Below are positions 27,904-42,609 of a stretch of 64,000 nt of DNA, piece after piece (within the stretch, counting starts at the first letter, position 1; every line of letters starts with the position of its first letter). The translations under genes and the position numbers were made by a program. The stretch is from Eledone cirrhosa. Lineage: Eukaryota. The stretch covers positions 53,382,001 to 53,446,000 of the forward strand of contig OZ024747.1 in NCBI GenBank assembly GCA_964016885.1, in the 5' to 3' direction. A model generated the notes under the pieces. That model was given only the letters and a program-made list of their open reading frames with translations. It ran no database searches and was not told where the DNA came from.

Positions 27904-27946
27904 TATACATATGTATATATATATATATATATATACATATATATAC

Positions 27947-27985
<39 letters not shown>

Positions 27986-28269
27986 TATACATATGTATAT
28001 ATATATATATATATACATATATATACATATATATACATATGTATATATATATATATACATATATATACATATATATACATATGTATATATATATATATAT
28101 ATACATATATATACATATGTATATATATATATACATATACATATATATACATATGTATATATATATATATATACATATATATACATATGTATATATATAT
28201 ATATATACATATGTATATATATATATACATATACATATATATACATATGTATATATATATATACATACA

Positions 28270-28367
<98 letters not shown>

Positions 28368-28480
28368 TACCTTTATACATTTATATATATATACATACAT
28401 ATACATGTATATATATATTTCTATACATATATATATATACACATATATATATATATACACACATATATATATATATATAC
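27840..28480. repeat. Compound (TA)n microsatellite with periodic CATATG
   Basis: Direct inspection. Confidence 0.95.
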
Positions 28481-28699
28481 AAACACACACACATCAACTC
28501 AAAACATTCACATCCACACATACAATAACATCCATATCTACACATGCATGCATACATACATATCTACCTAGTTGATGTTGTGTAGATTCCAATGAGAGAG
28601 TCTTGTGTCTATGTTAGAAACCGACTCTCTCTCTATTGGTAAAACTATATGAAATTTTAAAACCAGAAGAATATACATATATATATATATATACATATT

Positions 28700-28990
28700 G
28701 TTATACTTTGATAGGTTTCGGCCAGTATTGGCCCAGGCCATGTCTAACTTAATAGCACCACCTGGTGAAGTCTTACAAATCACTGTTTGGGCACCATGGC
28801 CCACTCGAGCAGAGAGTTATTGTTTACGGAGGCATATCCGAGTGTAGGAGGCTAATCCAGGATTTCTTGAAGGAATTTATCCAAAGACTTCTTGAACTTG
28901 ATGGGGTCTGTCTCTGCTTTGATGTGTCTCGGTGTAACGTTAAAGATTGCAGAGCCAATTGAGGTGACATAATTGTGCCGTATTGATGTT
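28700..28990 (-). mobile_element. CR1-group LINE 3' end fragment
   Basis: Minus strand reads SIRHNYVTSIGSAIFNVTPRHIKAETDPIKFKKSLDKFLQEILD*PPTLGY..NNSL, followed by a stem-loop 3' UTR. Confidence 0.65.
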
Positions 28991-28994
28991 ATGT

Positions 28995-29132
28995 GATGCG
29001 AGTGAGATTTTTGTCGTGGTGTCTTCGTGTGTCTTGGCGAGACCGAGTGCGAAATGAGGAAATCCTGCGGAGAGCCGAGTCGTGGACGCTACAGAGGATG
29101 GTCGCAGAGCGCCGGTGCCACCTGGCTGGCCA
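28995..29132 (+). mobile_element. RTE LINE C-terminal fragment
   Basis: [18 protein letters not shown]...ERRCHLAGH matches the RTE post-RT motif (ISW.D.V.NEEVL..R.LRW.GH). Confidence 0.75.
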
Positions 29133-29175
29133 TATATATACATATATACATACATACACATATATATATATACAT

Positions 29176-29213
<38 letters not shown>

Positions 29214-29691
29214 ACACACACACATATATATATATATATACATACACACACATATATATATATATATACATACACACATACACATATATATATATATAAA
29301 CATACACACACACGCACATATATATACATACACACATACATACATATATATACATACACACATACATACATATATATACATACACACATACATACACATA
29401 TATATATATACATACACACACACAAATATACATACACACCCACACATATATATATACATACACACACACACAGACACATATAAACATACACACACACGCA
29501 CATATATATACATACACACATACATACATATATATACATACACACACACACATATATATACATACACACACACACATATATAAATACATACACACACACA
29601 CACATATATATATATACATACACACACACATATATATATATATACATACACACACATATATATATACATACACACACACACATATATACAT

Positions 29692-29765
<74 letters not shown>

Positions 29766-30940
29766 CCCCCACGCATAGATTCATGGACACACACATTATA
29801 TATATAGTCAAGGATTCTGACTGATTTTACACCATTTTTATTTGTCTTACGTTTCTACAAATGAAATATAATCTACGTTTAGTGAAACACCCAGTTATGA
29901 CCATATACTAGTCATTTTTTGATTGATGTCAGATAACAGGTCCTACGCCCACTTATTAATTTTTCAGATTTTTTCAAACACCATCCCACTCCTCGTTTAT
30001 TAAATTTTGCTCAACTATCTGCGGCGAAATTTTATTGTAAATGATTCATATCGATGCAGCAGCTGGAGAATCCAATAATAATTTTATTTTACATTGAAAA
30101 AAACCCCCCATTATATATGACAAAAAAGAACATTACAAGAAACCCCATATTTACTAACGTACACTATACAATTACCGACCCTCACCCCCATTGTTTATTC
30201 CACCACCCCCACACCTGCTTATAAGAATTTAAGCCAATCTCCCCCCCCCCCAGCTTATTCCCCCCTCCCCCCAACCTCCCTGTTGTTTGGGACCCGATAG
30301 TATATGGATTAGATTCGATATACTGGAATTTTAACCGAGAATCCTTGATTAACCGTATCTTTAAGTATTTCATTTGTAGAAAGGTGTGTAAGATCAATAA
30401 ATATTTTGTGAATCCATCTGAATGCCTGGAGTTATTACAACATATGTTCTGTGTCCTTACACTTGTATTATATTGTGTACTAATTTATATTGTGTATTCA
30501 TTTACTCTATGGATTACATCGTGGGTGAATAGTTTCGTTTTATTTGCAGATTGTAGAAACACATTGAGCTTGAACGTTTCTTGGAATATCTTAACTAGTT
30601 TTGATCTGTTAGAGGAGTGTGTTAGAAATATATCTAGACTGTCACATTTCATCCAATACGATTCATCATTATATGTCAGATTGTGCAGTATAATCCTAGC
30701 TACAGAACTTCCATTAAAGTTTTAGAGTTGGAGGGGATTAAGTATGTAGACTACATATAAAGTATTATATAAACTTTAATCAGTTATTTTAATAAACATA
30801 TATATATATATTCAATGTTAAATGAATTTTGTTATTGTGCATTTTTACTCAATCTTATTGTAAACCCCCACTGTCCCTGTTTTGTATTATTCCCTACATG
30901 TCGTCCCTTGTGGCCCAAAAATGAAATCATTATTATTATT

Positions 30941-31060
30941 CAAATCCTGCCGAGGTTAACTTTGCCTTTCATCCTTACGGGGTCGATAAAATAAAGTACC
31001 AGTAATACACTGGGATAATTGCTGGCCTTGTGCCAAAAGTAGAAACAATTATTATTATTA
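30941..31060 (+). mobile_element. SINE family A, 5'-truncated
   Basis: caaatcctgccgaggttaactttgcctttcatccttacggggtcg... Confidence 0.85.
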
Positions 31061-31658
31061 TCTCACGCTTTTTTATCACCAATACCAGACTAAGAAAGAA
31101 ATTAAAAACATCACCATACTAACATTTAAAGTCAAAAGAAAATCACTGTAGTAGAAACCAAAGCACAAATATATTGCAACAAATTATTTTAAATCAACAC
31201 TGACGTAATTTTTTAGACTAACATTTTATGATCATTCAACAACTTTCCACAATATTGGAGGGGGTTAGACGCCAAGAAACCCTTAGCGCCAAAAGGCTTG
31301 AGCTAGGTAGAGACGACATAATTGGAATGCTGATCTGTAGGTGACATCTTATGGTTCAACTGATTACCTAACAATCCGTAAGACCTTTTGACCAAAGCTG
31401 TCCTTAGACCGCACGTTTTATCTCTGTGGTCAAACAATCAAGGAGTTTCTAGACATGGTCTATCTTCCTCAGTACCCTTTGTCTGCTTGTGGATAGTAAT
31501 AAAAGGTTCTATCTTTCTGTTACTGTCAGTTATTAGTTCACTAAAACGAACATAGGAATTTCGTGAATAACCAAAGTTGTGTTATGATTTGAAAGAATGA
31601 CCGCTTATTGAGAATTCGATTTTGCAACGAAAATAAAAGCATCTCAAGTGACATGCAA

Positions 31659-32261
31659 GTTATATTGTTCATATCTGAAATTTTACAATTCATATGAAGA
31701 GGTTTGTTTGAATAAATGTTGAAATAATTCATTGTATTTCTGATAGAAAACTAACCTGTGATCACTAAATAGCACAAAAGAATGAGTTGTGAGTTATTAA
31801 ATATATTGAAGATTAAGGGCGTTATAGCGTAGTGAGAGAGAATTTTGTGTCGAAAAATTAGTGTAGAAACTAACGTATACAATAAGAAATACTTGAGATG
31901 CCAAAATTTAAACGTAGTAAACTGTTTCTTTATATGAGAAATATGAATATCCGGTTATTAAACTAACCAACTGTAAATTTATAATAAATTGAAGTGAAAA
32001 CCAAACCAACAGGTGTATGTGTTTTTATTGGCAGCATGACCCGCCAAAAGTATAACAATATATATATATATGTAAGTAAGAATATTTTCGAAGTGATGTG
32101 TTGGTATAAATGGTAGCACAGTGGTCCGGATAACCCAAGATGTGGGTTCGACTCCCATGTACGTCGATACTCATCTTTTTCCATTTCTCCGAGGGTTCTT
32201 AACCCCACTAACAGGCTAAATAATTTCTTTAATTTCTTTAGTCAAAATACGGCGATAACTT

Positions 32262-32296
<35 letters not shown>

Positions 32297-32332
32297 ATAA
32301 AACCTACAGTCATTCCGCGTTGCACTCCCTGG

Positions 32333-32365
<33 letters not shown>

Positions 32366-32369
32366 GCTG

Positions 32370-32410
<41 letters not shown>

Positions 32411-32655
32411 GCTGTAATATATATATATATATATATTTATAGCTGTAACATATATATATATATATATTTATAGCTGTAACATATATATATATGTTATATT
32501 GTTCATATCTGAAATTTTACAATTCATATGAAGAGGTTTGTTGGAATAAATGTTGAAATAATTCATTGTATTTCTGATAGAAAACTAACCTGTGATCTCT
32601 AAATAGCACAAAAGACTGAGTTATGAGTTGTGAGTTATTAAATATATTGAAGATT
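31659..32655. repeat. ~155-bp direct repeats (31659-31814, 32493-32655) bracketing a tRNA-headed element
   Basis: gttatattgttcatatctgaaatt...aaatatattgaagatt occurs twice with few differences. Confidence 0.8.
32095..32262 (+). mobile_element. tRNA-headed short element (family C); 72-nt pseudo-tRNA at 32095-32166
   Basis: TGGTATAAATGGTAG (A-box-like), T-arm GTGGG-TTCGACT-CCCAT, wobble-rich acceptor stem. The downstream body matches 17651-17759. Confidence 0.65.
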
Positions 32656-32753
32656 TGCTCTACGGTTCTTATATATTTGATATATATTTATCCTTATCGA
32701 GCCATCTTTGGATTTTAGTCTTCAAATTTATTATTATTACAATATATATATAT

Positions 32754-32948
32754 AACGAAGGAAATGTGGTAAGGAACCAGATGGACCATAACGCATCAAA
32801 GTACTCAATACTTAGGGTAGTAGAGTGGGTAATAGGAACGAGTAGGACCCCGACGGTTGAGCTCAAGCCGTTTCGACGGCTAATTCTGGGTCCAGAATTA
32901 GCCGTCGAAACGGCTTGAGCTCAGCCGTCGGGGTCCTCTCGTTCCTAT
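32754..32948. mobile_element. Hairpin element family H, copy 4 (variant)
   Basis: Hairpin 32832-32948. Both arms carry the same variant outer segment. Confidence 0.85.
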
Positions 32949-32971
32949 CTATATATATATTTATAGCTGTA

Positions 32972-33035
<64 letters not shown>

Positions 33036-34249
33036 GCATATGGATTAGATGCGAACGGACTTGTTATTCGTATGACTATGCAAAGCTAAACTATTGGCGT
33101 ATAACTGTAAGCTATCCATGGATACAGGTAAATACTATTATTCAAAAGTTCCACATTTCAGCTGGACGGTTTATGAGACTCAAACAACTAGCATTACATC
33201 AGCAAGCCAAGCAATGATGGCAACAATGTGTGGACGTTAGTAATGAATGTTTAATATACTTCATTAAAATCAAATCCTAATTGTTTATTTTATTGTTGGA
33301 CAGTCTTGTGAATCGATATATTTATACTCCTTACTATCCGTACAATACAAATATAAGCTGTTTACTACTGGTCATTGACACTTGTATCTGCACTAAACCG
33401 ATAGTAAGAATTGAATTATGAAATCATTGACTGGAAGATATGACTCAGCGTTTAATAATATTCAATAAAAACCTATTCGTAAAGTTTTTTATTCTAAGAT
33501 AGTCTCTAGGACATATACACCCTTCTATGTGTACAAAACAAACATAGCCATTTCTCTATTGGTCATTGACAGCAATGAAATTGTTTATTTTATCTTATTT
33601 TAATGTTTTTCTTATTGAAATAAAAATAGATATAATTCACATTAGCTAACGATGAAATGACTTACAAAAACATTGGATGGAGTGGTTCAGAATATATCTT
33701 GCTATTTTTTTTCAATTTATTAAGTTTCTCAATGAAAAAAATTTAATATTTTTTTAAATAAAAAAAAAATATCTATGTATTTTTGCCTAATCCTAACTCT
33801 AATGTCTAAAATAAAAAAAAAATGTGTAATACTTGTTTCCCATACAGGTATAAGGCCAACAATTTTGGTGGAAGGAGAAAGTCCATTATACCAAACCCAG
33901 CACGTTTCTGGTATTTGAGTGTATCAACCGAGGGAGGTGGAAATTCCAAGTAGACGACAGCGAGATATGCGTAGTAATAAACATCATTTGATTTTTTGTT
34001 TTTTAATTTATGCTTAAATGATAAATACTTTATTTTCATGTGACAACATGAGTATGGATGCATCAATAAGAGTAAAATTGAATTTAAACAAATATGATTG
34101 CGTGACTTCGAAAATATCAATGCACAACATAGATGATATTCAGAGGACATTTTAAAATTATTTCGTGGTTTTTTTTTTAGATGTAGACAAGAACATTTAA
34201 ATAACAAAGTCTTATAATTAAAGTTAACGGAAGTAAAAACAATTAACAT

Positions 34250-34520
34250 TTAAACAGCTCTGTTACTATGGGCATGTGGTTAGAATGTCTCAGGAAAGAA
34301 TCGCTGGACAGATTTTACGTGTAAAACCAACCAGCAGGAGACCTAGGGGTAGACCCCGAGCAAGATGATTGGGTAACATCTATGAGCTTGGTTGGTCTTG
34401 CTTAGGGATCCAGCCAGATCAATTGGAGACAGTTGCTTCTGAGAGGACCCACTGGAAGGAGTGTCTGAGGACTCTGCCCCGACGACCCTCTCAGGAATAA
34501 GTGGGTGAAGAAGAAGACGT
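34250..34520 (+). mobile_element. RTE LINE 3' end fragment (second family)
   Basis: LCYYGHVVRMSQERIAGQILRVKPTSRRPRGRPRAR, ending in (GAA)n. Confidence 0.8.
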
Positions 34521-34951
34521 TAAAGTCTATCAACTGAGAAAGATACAAAAAGAAACAGACACACAACGAAACTACATAAGGAAATAAGACTTAAATCCAA
34601 TAGATGAAAAATACGACTTGTCACAGGAAGTGGAAAAAGCAAGACAGCCAAAACAGTAAGTGAACATGGTAGTGATGTGACACTCATATCCTTCAATGAG
34701 TCCCTCTCTCTCGCTCTTTCTCCTCTTCTCCTCTTTCTTCTACTCTTTTCCTCTCCTACCCTCTCTTTCTAATTTTCTCAATCCCTTCTTTGAGTGCAAT
34801 CTAATTTGTTAGTCTTGAGTTATCCCTCCTGCCTTCACTTCTTGTTTGCGCTTCACTTCCTCTTGTCTTGCTTTTCATCTGTGATCACAAAAGTAGCAAA
34901 ACATGTTTTTTTTTTTCATCTATCAGCCATAAGTCTAACTTCATTATACAC

Positions 34952-35137
34952 GGTGGATTGGCAGTATCGGTAGAGGGTCGGACGCCATGCTTTGCAGCAC
35001 AGTTGCGTCCCTTTACGGACTGAGTTCAAATCCCGCCGAGGTTAACTTTGCCTTTCATCCGTACGGGTTCGATAAAATAAAGTACCAGTAATACACTGGG
35101 ATAATTGCTGGCCTTGTGCCAAAAGTAGAAACAATTG
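34952..35137 (+). mobile_element. SINE family A, full-length copy
   Basis: Same as 5320-5510. Confidence 0.88.
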
Positions 35138-35830
35138 TAATTTTTATCTGCTATACTTTCTATCCTGTTCAGTTCAACTCCTAGAAAATGTCAATACATT
35201 TTAATGTTTTTTACCATGTATATATTCAATATATGAAACCAGTACAATTATATAATGAAGACGTAAACACGCCCTCTTCTTTTAAATAAAAATATTTTTC
35301 AGTGCATATAGGTAGTGATGAATATAACAAGTTTTGATTGTAATCAGTAGTTAGGCAAAGCCAACAACAAGATAATTTTCAAGGTCATAGTCAATCTATT
35401 TCTAACTAGCAGCAGGACCCGGCGTTGCACGGGGTAGCAACATGCATATGCATTGAGGAATGTAGCTGTGTACTTTTTGAATTCCTTTATTCTCAGGGAA
35501 TGATTGTTCATCTACTGGAAACGTAGAACACAAACAGACCCGAATCAAGAAACATCTGCATGCATGTGCAAAATCTGAAGAAAATCAGCTGGATACTCTT
35601 TAAGCGTACTAAATCTTAGAGTATGAAATCGGTTAGGTACTTTTCGAGTTTTATAGATTCACACCCAGTCATCTAGACAGACATCATATGTCTATTGTAC
35701 CTGCAAGCATTCTGTACAGAGTAAAGCCTGCAATGCTTAAGACATGTCATGCAACACCACAGCATATTGGGCCTTCCCCACAGGAGACCATTGCCTCTTC
35801 ATAAATCTTTCCACTCTGATATAGACCGAA

Positions 35831-36383
35831 CTGTTATATCGGATGCCGAACGCTTCGGAGTTACTATTGGGGTCACCATGAACAATTTCAAGTGGGGGCC
35901 CTAAAAAGGGCTTTGTGTGCGTTCACATATAGCCCTTAAAAAGACTTTCTATGCGTTCCCTGGCAACACTTAAAAGGAATTTGGTTGCTTTCCCTGGCAG
36001 TCCATAGAATGATTTTTATGCGCTCAGGATTTGTTCATACGCCTTAAATTGTCGCACCAATTATCAACCAACGGAGGGTTTCTTCTCTGGAGGTGTTCAC
36101 CTTAAACCAAAGGAAACAGACGTTTTAGTTAAGAGACAAAAGTAAAAGTAAACGAGGCTTGTTAAAGAAATGGTGATAACGTACCTACCTTCCTCGCTGT
36201 TGCGCTTATAACGCTGTTATATCGGATGCTGAACGCTTTGTAGTTAACATTGGGGTCGCCGTCAACAATTTCAAGTGGAGGCCCTAGAAAGGGCTGTACG
36301 TGCGCTCACTTGTAGCGCTTAAAAGGACTTTGTATGCGTTCACTGACAGCCTTTAAAGTGACTTTGTTTGCGTTCTCTGGCAG
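35831..36383. repeat. Diverged ~170-bp direct repeat pair (35831-36000, 36214-36383)
   Basis: ctgttatatcggatgc.gaacgctt.g.agtta..attggggtc.cc.t.aacaatttcaagtgg... occurs twice. Confidence 0.75.
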
Positions 36384-36416
36384 CTCTAAAAAGGAGCGGT
36401 CATCATCAACAATTTT

Positions 36417-37489
36417 AACAAAACCTGTCAAATGGCAAAGGAGCTCTTAAAAGTCAATGGCCATCCAAAATCACCAGAATTCTAGGAGAAGGAAAACTCT
36501 GGTATAACACCAGCAACCCTGATGGTATCCAATGATGTTGACTTGTTCTTCTTTTTGGTAAATATCATCTTGGTTAAGAGAGTGGAACTGGCTTTGTGCA
36601 GTACCTTCGCTCACTATAAAAGCTTCACGGCACAGGCATTGCTTTATATCTGGAGATCTCTCTGCACTTGTCGTCACATGGTACCAAGGGCCCAGCACTA
36701 TGTGTCAATAATTTTCACAAGTGTAGTGTTTGTACCAGGGTTTTCAAGTCGCTGGCTGGACTAAAAAGTCACACTCGTTCAGCGCATCGGTAGGGGTTCT
36801 CCTACATGGATATAAAGTAGTGGCCGTACTCGAAAACGAGTTGGCAGCCACCATATATATATATATACACATACATACACACACATATATATATATATAT
36901 ATGGTGGCTGCCAACTCGTTTTCGAGTACGGCCACTACTTTATATCAATGTAGGAGAACCCCTACTGATGCGCTAAACGAGTGTGACTTTTTAGTCCAGC
37001 CAGCAACTTGAAAACTCTGGTACAAACACTAGACTTGTGACAATTATTGACACATAGTGCGAGGCCCATGGTACCATGTGACGATAAGTGCAGAGAGATC
37101 TCCAGATATAAAGCAATGCCTGTGCCATGAAGCTTTTATAGTGAGCAAAGGCACTGCACAAAGCCAGCCCCACTCTCTTAACCAAGATGATATTTACCAA
37201 AAAGAAGAACAAGTCAACATCATTGGATACCATCAGGGTTGCAGGTGTTATATCAGAGTTTTCCTTCTCCTAGAATTCTGGCTTGACAAAGGCTAAGGGG
37301 TCATCTCTCCCGGTGATTTTGGATGGCCATTGACTCTTAAGAGCTCCTTTGCCCTTTGACAGGTTTTGTTTTTAGTCCTGCAGGATGTCCAAAGTCACCC
37401 TCCTCACCAAGAAACGTTGGTGGGGTTGCCAGTTTAGTCGCCAACGACCCAACCATGAGACAGGTTGTACTGGGATACATGTTACCAGT
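36417..37489. mobile_element. Inverted pair of RTE 5'-region-derived elements around a (TA/CA)n spacer
   Basis: 36417-36854 is the reverse complement of 36901-37370, with scattered mismatches and one ~32-bp indel. Contains CTAGGAGAAGGAAAACTC, which I recall from RTE 5' regions. Third copy at 63180-63556. Confidence 0.8.
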
Positions 37490-37549
37490 CAGTGTATGTG
37501 TATATATATATACACATACACACACATATATATATATATACACATACAT

Positions 37550-37683
<134 letters not shown>

Positions 37684-39796
37684 GTATATAGTGCAAATTT
37701 GGACGGGAACGAAACAGGCAGATGCATGTGTATGTGTGAATATGTAAATAAAATTTAAGCTATGTACATGCTTATATATATTACACACTATACACACACA
37801 TATATTTATCTACATAGATATATGTGTGTGCATGTGAGTGTGTGTGTGTGCACACCTACATATGTAAATATTTACACACATGTATGTGTGTGCCTATGTG
37901 TGTGTATGTGTATGAGTGTGTGCGTGTTTGAGTGTATGTGCACACCTACATACATAAAGACATACACATATATACATGTATGTATACATGTTTATGTGTG
38001 TGTGTGAGTGAATATGTGTGTGTGTTTGAGTGTGTGTGCACATCTATATACATAAAGATATACATATATGTGTATGTGTGTGTGAGTAAGTGTGTATGTG
38101 TATGAGTGTGTGTATGTGAGTGTGTCTGTGCATGCATACGTAAAGATAAACGTACATATATGTGTGTATATATGTATGAGTGCATGTGTTAGTGTGTGTA
38201 CACCTACATATATAAATATACGCATACATATATATGTATGTCTCTATATATATATGCACACAAATTCACACATTCAAGTAAAACATGATCACTTAAGGAA
38301 ACAGCCAATTAGTAGTGACTTTATTGTAATTTGATATATTGTACTAAATATATTTCCATATTTAATGTCGTGTCTAATTAACATAGCTCCTACCCACCCC
38401 CTACCAACCAACCTCTCTCCTCCATCACTCACAATCAACACCACACTACCATTAGTACTAAACTACACTGACATACACCACCGTTCACTGCACCTACAAA
38501 GAGCATTTGCTGTGAAAACTGTACTTTGTTTAGGATCAAATTCATTTAGATTTCACTGAGAACTTAGGAGTGGCAATGAGATTTTACACAGTAATACATG
38601 TATAGTTTTATATGGCAGACTCTTTGATAAGGCACCATGCTGAGCTTACAGAGTTCCGGCAAGCAAGGAGGTCCATACCAAAATTATTATTATTTTTTTT
38701 CTTTTGAGATGCAATGCTTCACCCTTTCATTACCATATATCCAAAGAAAGACACTGCCTATGATTTTTGAATAATTATTAAAATATTCAAGAACTTATTT
38801 ATCCAGTATTTGAAACATAACTTAACATAAAAAATTATGACAGAAATGTTATTTAGATATATAAATATATATAAACACTTTCAAATAGACAGGTTTCTAT
38901 TTTTAAACTAGAGCTGCTTTCATAGCAAAAGAATAATAATATTTTATTTGTTTGGAGTTCACTCCTAAAATGAATTGTAATTCGGTTGTGAGTATTTTCA
39001 GCTTAAATATGTTCTGTATATAAATGTTCTCCTATTTTGCTTTTAAAACTTTCCTACATTTAAGTTTGTTGCTGCTTTATAGTCTTAGTGAACAGGATAG
39101 TGAGTGCGTTATTCAAGAGAATTGCAAGGATGCTGTAATTGTCATTGAAAAGAAGGAAGTGTGTCTGTGTGCAGACCACAGATTTGCTGTCTGTGTATCT
39201 GACTGATTGTAAATGGGAGCATCCTAGACTAGGCTTGGACAACCTTTTTCGAGCAGTGGGTTACATAGGATGTGACCCATCATAAGGCAGAATGCACTAC
39301 TAAAACATCCAAGGTAATTTTGAAATTAGATGTGCTATTCAGAAAACCAAAAAGGGCTGCAGTTTGCCCATGACTGCCCTAGATTATCTCTAAACACTGA
39401 CATACCTTACAAGACATGACAAGCTCAATTTCACTCACAGTAAGTAGAAAAGAGGTTCAGAGATCTATGAGGCTAAATGTTTCTACTACTATTGGTTTGA
39501 TGGGAAATCTAAAAATGAACAGCCAGTATTTCATAAGCTTGTAAAATTATAAATAAACATGCACAGATGGATATATTAATGTGTGTGATTTATGAATAAG
39601 CATGCATAAAGACAGTCAAGCATTAACAGCATGAGCATGCAATTCATGTAGGTAGAGTGTAGGATATTTTTCACGGAAAAGATTGGAAATAACTACAAAG
39701 ATTTGCTTGTGGTCAGCAATTAGACAAAGCCAACCACAAGCAAAATCTCAAGGTCACTGATGTCAACCTATTCCTTTTATATATATATATATATAT

Positions 39797-40123
39797 CATT
39801 TCATCATCATTTCATTTTACGTCCGCTTTTTCCCTGCTTGCAAGGGTGGGACGGGAACTGATTTGGCTTGATTTCTACAGCTGGATGCCCTTCCTAACAC
39901 CAACCTCATTTACAGTGAGTGCTGGGTGCTTTTTTGCCGTGGCACCTCCACGACCACTTTGCAGTGGAATGATATGGACCCCAGTCCCTATCATCTCGTT
40001 TCTACAGCTAAGTAAACTGGAGCAATGTGAAATAAAGTGTCTTGCTCAAGGAAACAACACATCACCCGTTTCGAGAATTGAACTCACAACCTTTCGTTTG
40101 CAAGCCCAATGCTCTAACCACTA
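39797..40123 (-). mobile_element. SINE family B copy
   Basis: Reverse complement of 17923-18275. Confidence 0.88.
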
Positions 40124-40302
40124 ATGTGTATGTCTGTATATATATATATATGTGTGTGTGTGTATATGAGGGTGGGCTGAATTGTTCATAGGCTGACTGT
40201 GATGTTAGAGCAGTGAACTCTTGCACACATTCATTTCAACTCTTCTTATTAATAACTGCATTGTTTCTTTTGAGAGATTATGTTGAAAAATAAACCTGTA
40301 TG

Positions 40303-40345
<43 letters not shown>

Positions 40346-41149
40346 GTATATCTATGTGTGAGTGTGTGTGTGTGTGTATCTATATATGTGCATATCTATA
40401 TGTGTGTGTGTGTGTATATATATATGTGTGTGTGTATATTTATCATCATCTATTGTCTGGAGAAGACCTCCCTACAAGCATAAATGTGATGTGGTAGCAC
40501 TCCTTACCATCTGTCCTCACTCTCACACCTTTAAAACTCTTTTCTCCATTCTTGTACACCCACTACCCTATCCATGCACCTCCACTATTACTCCATGTCT
40601 ATTCTCACCATCACTATGCCTCCCCAAATTCAGACACATTTGTGAGTACCTTTCTCCTACATATTTGCTCCCCCACCCACACACACCTTTGCAATCAACT
40701 CTTTATAGCTATTCTCACTATCACCACACCGCGCACATTCTAAAGTCTTCTGCTCATCCTACCCACATTGTTCTACCAAACCTGTGACTATTCCTCGTAC
40801 ACTATCAGAGGTCAACCCCTCCTCTCCAACCCCTCATTCTGTTAAATCCCATTACACTTGCCATACACCCATAACATCACACTTATCTTCCTTCTCTTCC
40901 ATCTCTTCCTCCATTGCAGAACAGAGGGGCTCTTTAGTTAGGACAATAACTGGGCTGGTGCCATAAAAATGTACCCTGTACAACCTGTAAGGTGGTTGGT
41001 AATAAGAAGGGAAACCCACTGTATAAACCATGCTAAAGATACAGAACCAGTCAAGTAATAGGGTTTAATTGACTTTGTTCTCACCACACCAACCCAAATT
41101 AATAACCTTAGAATTAAATTAAAATCCTACGTTATGAATAGTAATACTG

Positions 41150-42250
41150 AGAGAAGAGGATTAGTATTGGAAGAATCTGAGATGAAATGTTTTGCAATAT
41201 TTAGTTACAAGTTTCTGAGTTCAAATCCTGCCATGGTCAACTTTGCCGTTTATTTTGCCAGTATCAATAAAATAAAGTACCAGTTAACTACTAAGGACAA
41301 TATGATTTACTTACTCTTCCCCAAATTGCTGGCTATTTTAGAAAAAAAAACATCTTTTTAATTATTTCATTCTGAGTTCAAATTACAACAAAGTTAACTT
41401 TGACTTTCACCATTTTAGTGTCAAATGAATAGAGTACTAGTCATGCAATGGGTCAATCTAATGGAATTTGCTGTCCTCACCATCACTTGCTAGCTAGGTA
41501 TCTAAATCTGGATTAGCAGTATTGATAGAGCATCGGACAACATGCTTTGTGGCATATAGTAACATCCCTTTACATTATGAGTTCCTTAAATGATCAATAA
41601 AATAAAGTACCAGTAATACAATCGGGATTAATTTCATTGACTTTACCATTCCCTTCAAATTGCTGGCCTTGTGCCTAAATCAGAAACAATTATTATCAGT
41701 AGTAATGGCAGTGGACTAGCAGTATCAGTGGAGCATCGGACACCATGCTTTATGGCATGGAGTTACAACCCTTTACATTCTGATTTCAGATCCCGTCAAG
41801 GTCAGCTTTGCCTTTCATCCTTACAGGGTCGATGAAATAAATTACCAGTAACACATTGGGGTTGATTTGATCGACATTACCCTCCACAAAATTGTTAGCC
41901 TTGTGTGTGAATCGCCGAGGTTAACTTTGCCTTTCATCCTGATGGGGTCGATAAAATAAAGTACCAGTAATGTACTGGGTAATAGCTGGCCTTGTGCCTA
42001 AAGTAGAAACAATTATTATGACTAGTACTTTATTTTATCAACCCCCATAGGGATGAAAGGCTAAGCTAACCTCGGCAAGATTTGAACTCAGAATGTAAAA
42101 GGCTGAGTTCAAATCCGGCCAAGGTTAACTTTGTCTTGCATCCTTATAGAAGCGATAAAATAAATTACCAGTAATGTACTTGGGTCGATTTCATTGACTT
42201 TCCTCTCCTCCCCAAATTGTTATCCTTATGCCTAAATCAGAAATCATCAT
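41150..42250. mobile_element. Cluster of ~7 variably decayed SINE family A copies in both orientations
   Basis: Repeated gagttcaaatcc / aactttgcctttcatcc / aaataaagtaccagt motifs. Confidence 0.8.
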
Positions 42251-42609
42251 TATCACTTATGTCCACTCAAGCTATGTGTTGATAGTTTGCCCATTTTGAG
42301 GATATTTTTGTTGACTTTTGTGATTCAGCTTGTAAATCTGACCACAACAGCAAGGGACTGGTCAGTGTATTTGGTTTCTTGTCCCATTGCGACTATATAG
42401 CTTTAAAAAACATGTTTTATTTTTCACTAAACATTGAAAAGAATATAAATACTCAAAATGGTGCCATGTTTGGTAGGTGGCCAATAAGAGGGGGAAAATG
42501 GGGGGGGGGGAGTGATGACAGGGGAAAGGAGAAGGAGGATGAGGTTGACTCTCAGACCTTTCTCTTCAATATTGTTACTAGAAAGTCTGATATGTAAATA
42601 CCTTCAAGA

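Noticed and set aside
30345-30725. 126-aa plus ORF, and an opposite-strand frame with a vaguely Ig-like ARIILHNLTYNDESYWMKC
   Set aside because: No convincing splice sites or start, bounded by stops, and no recognisable domain.
31541-31732. ORF containing ILNKRS as a second PLE endonuclease remnant; ATGAAGA..GAAA motif in the adjacent direct repeat
   Set aside because: The match is too short, lacks the following E..CRH, and hammerhead stems cannot be formed.
32095-32166. Functional tRNA gene
   Set aside because: Acceptor, D and anticodon stems are poorly paired and it is attached to a repeated body. Treated as a SINE-type head.
35403-35650. ACTAG..ACCCGGCGTTGCACGGG start suggestive of a Helitron/Helentron-type non-autonomous element
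   Set aside because: Only one terminus-like motif is seen and there is no second copy in the window to define boundaries.
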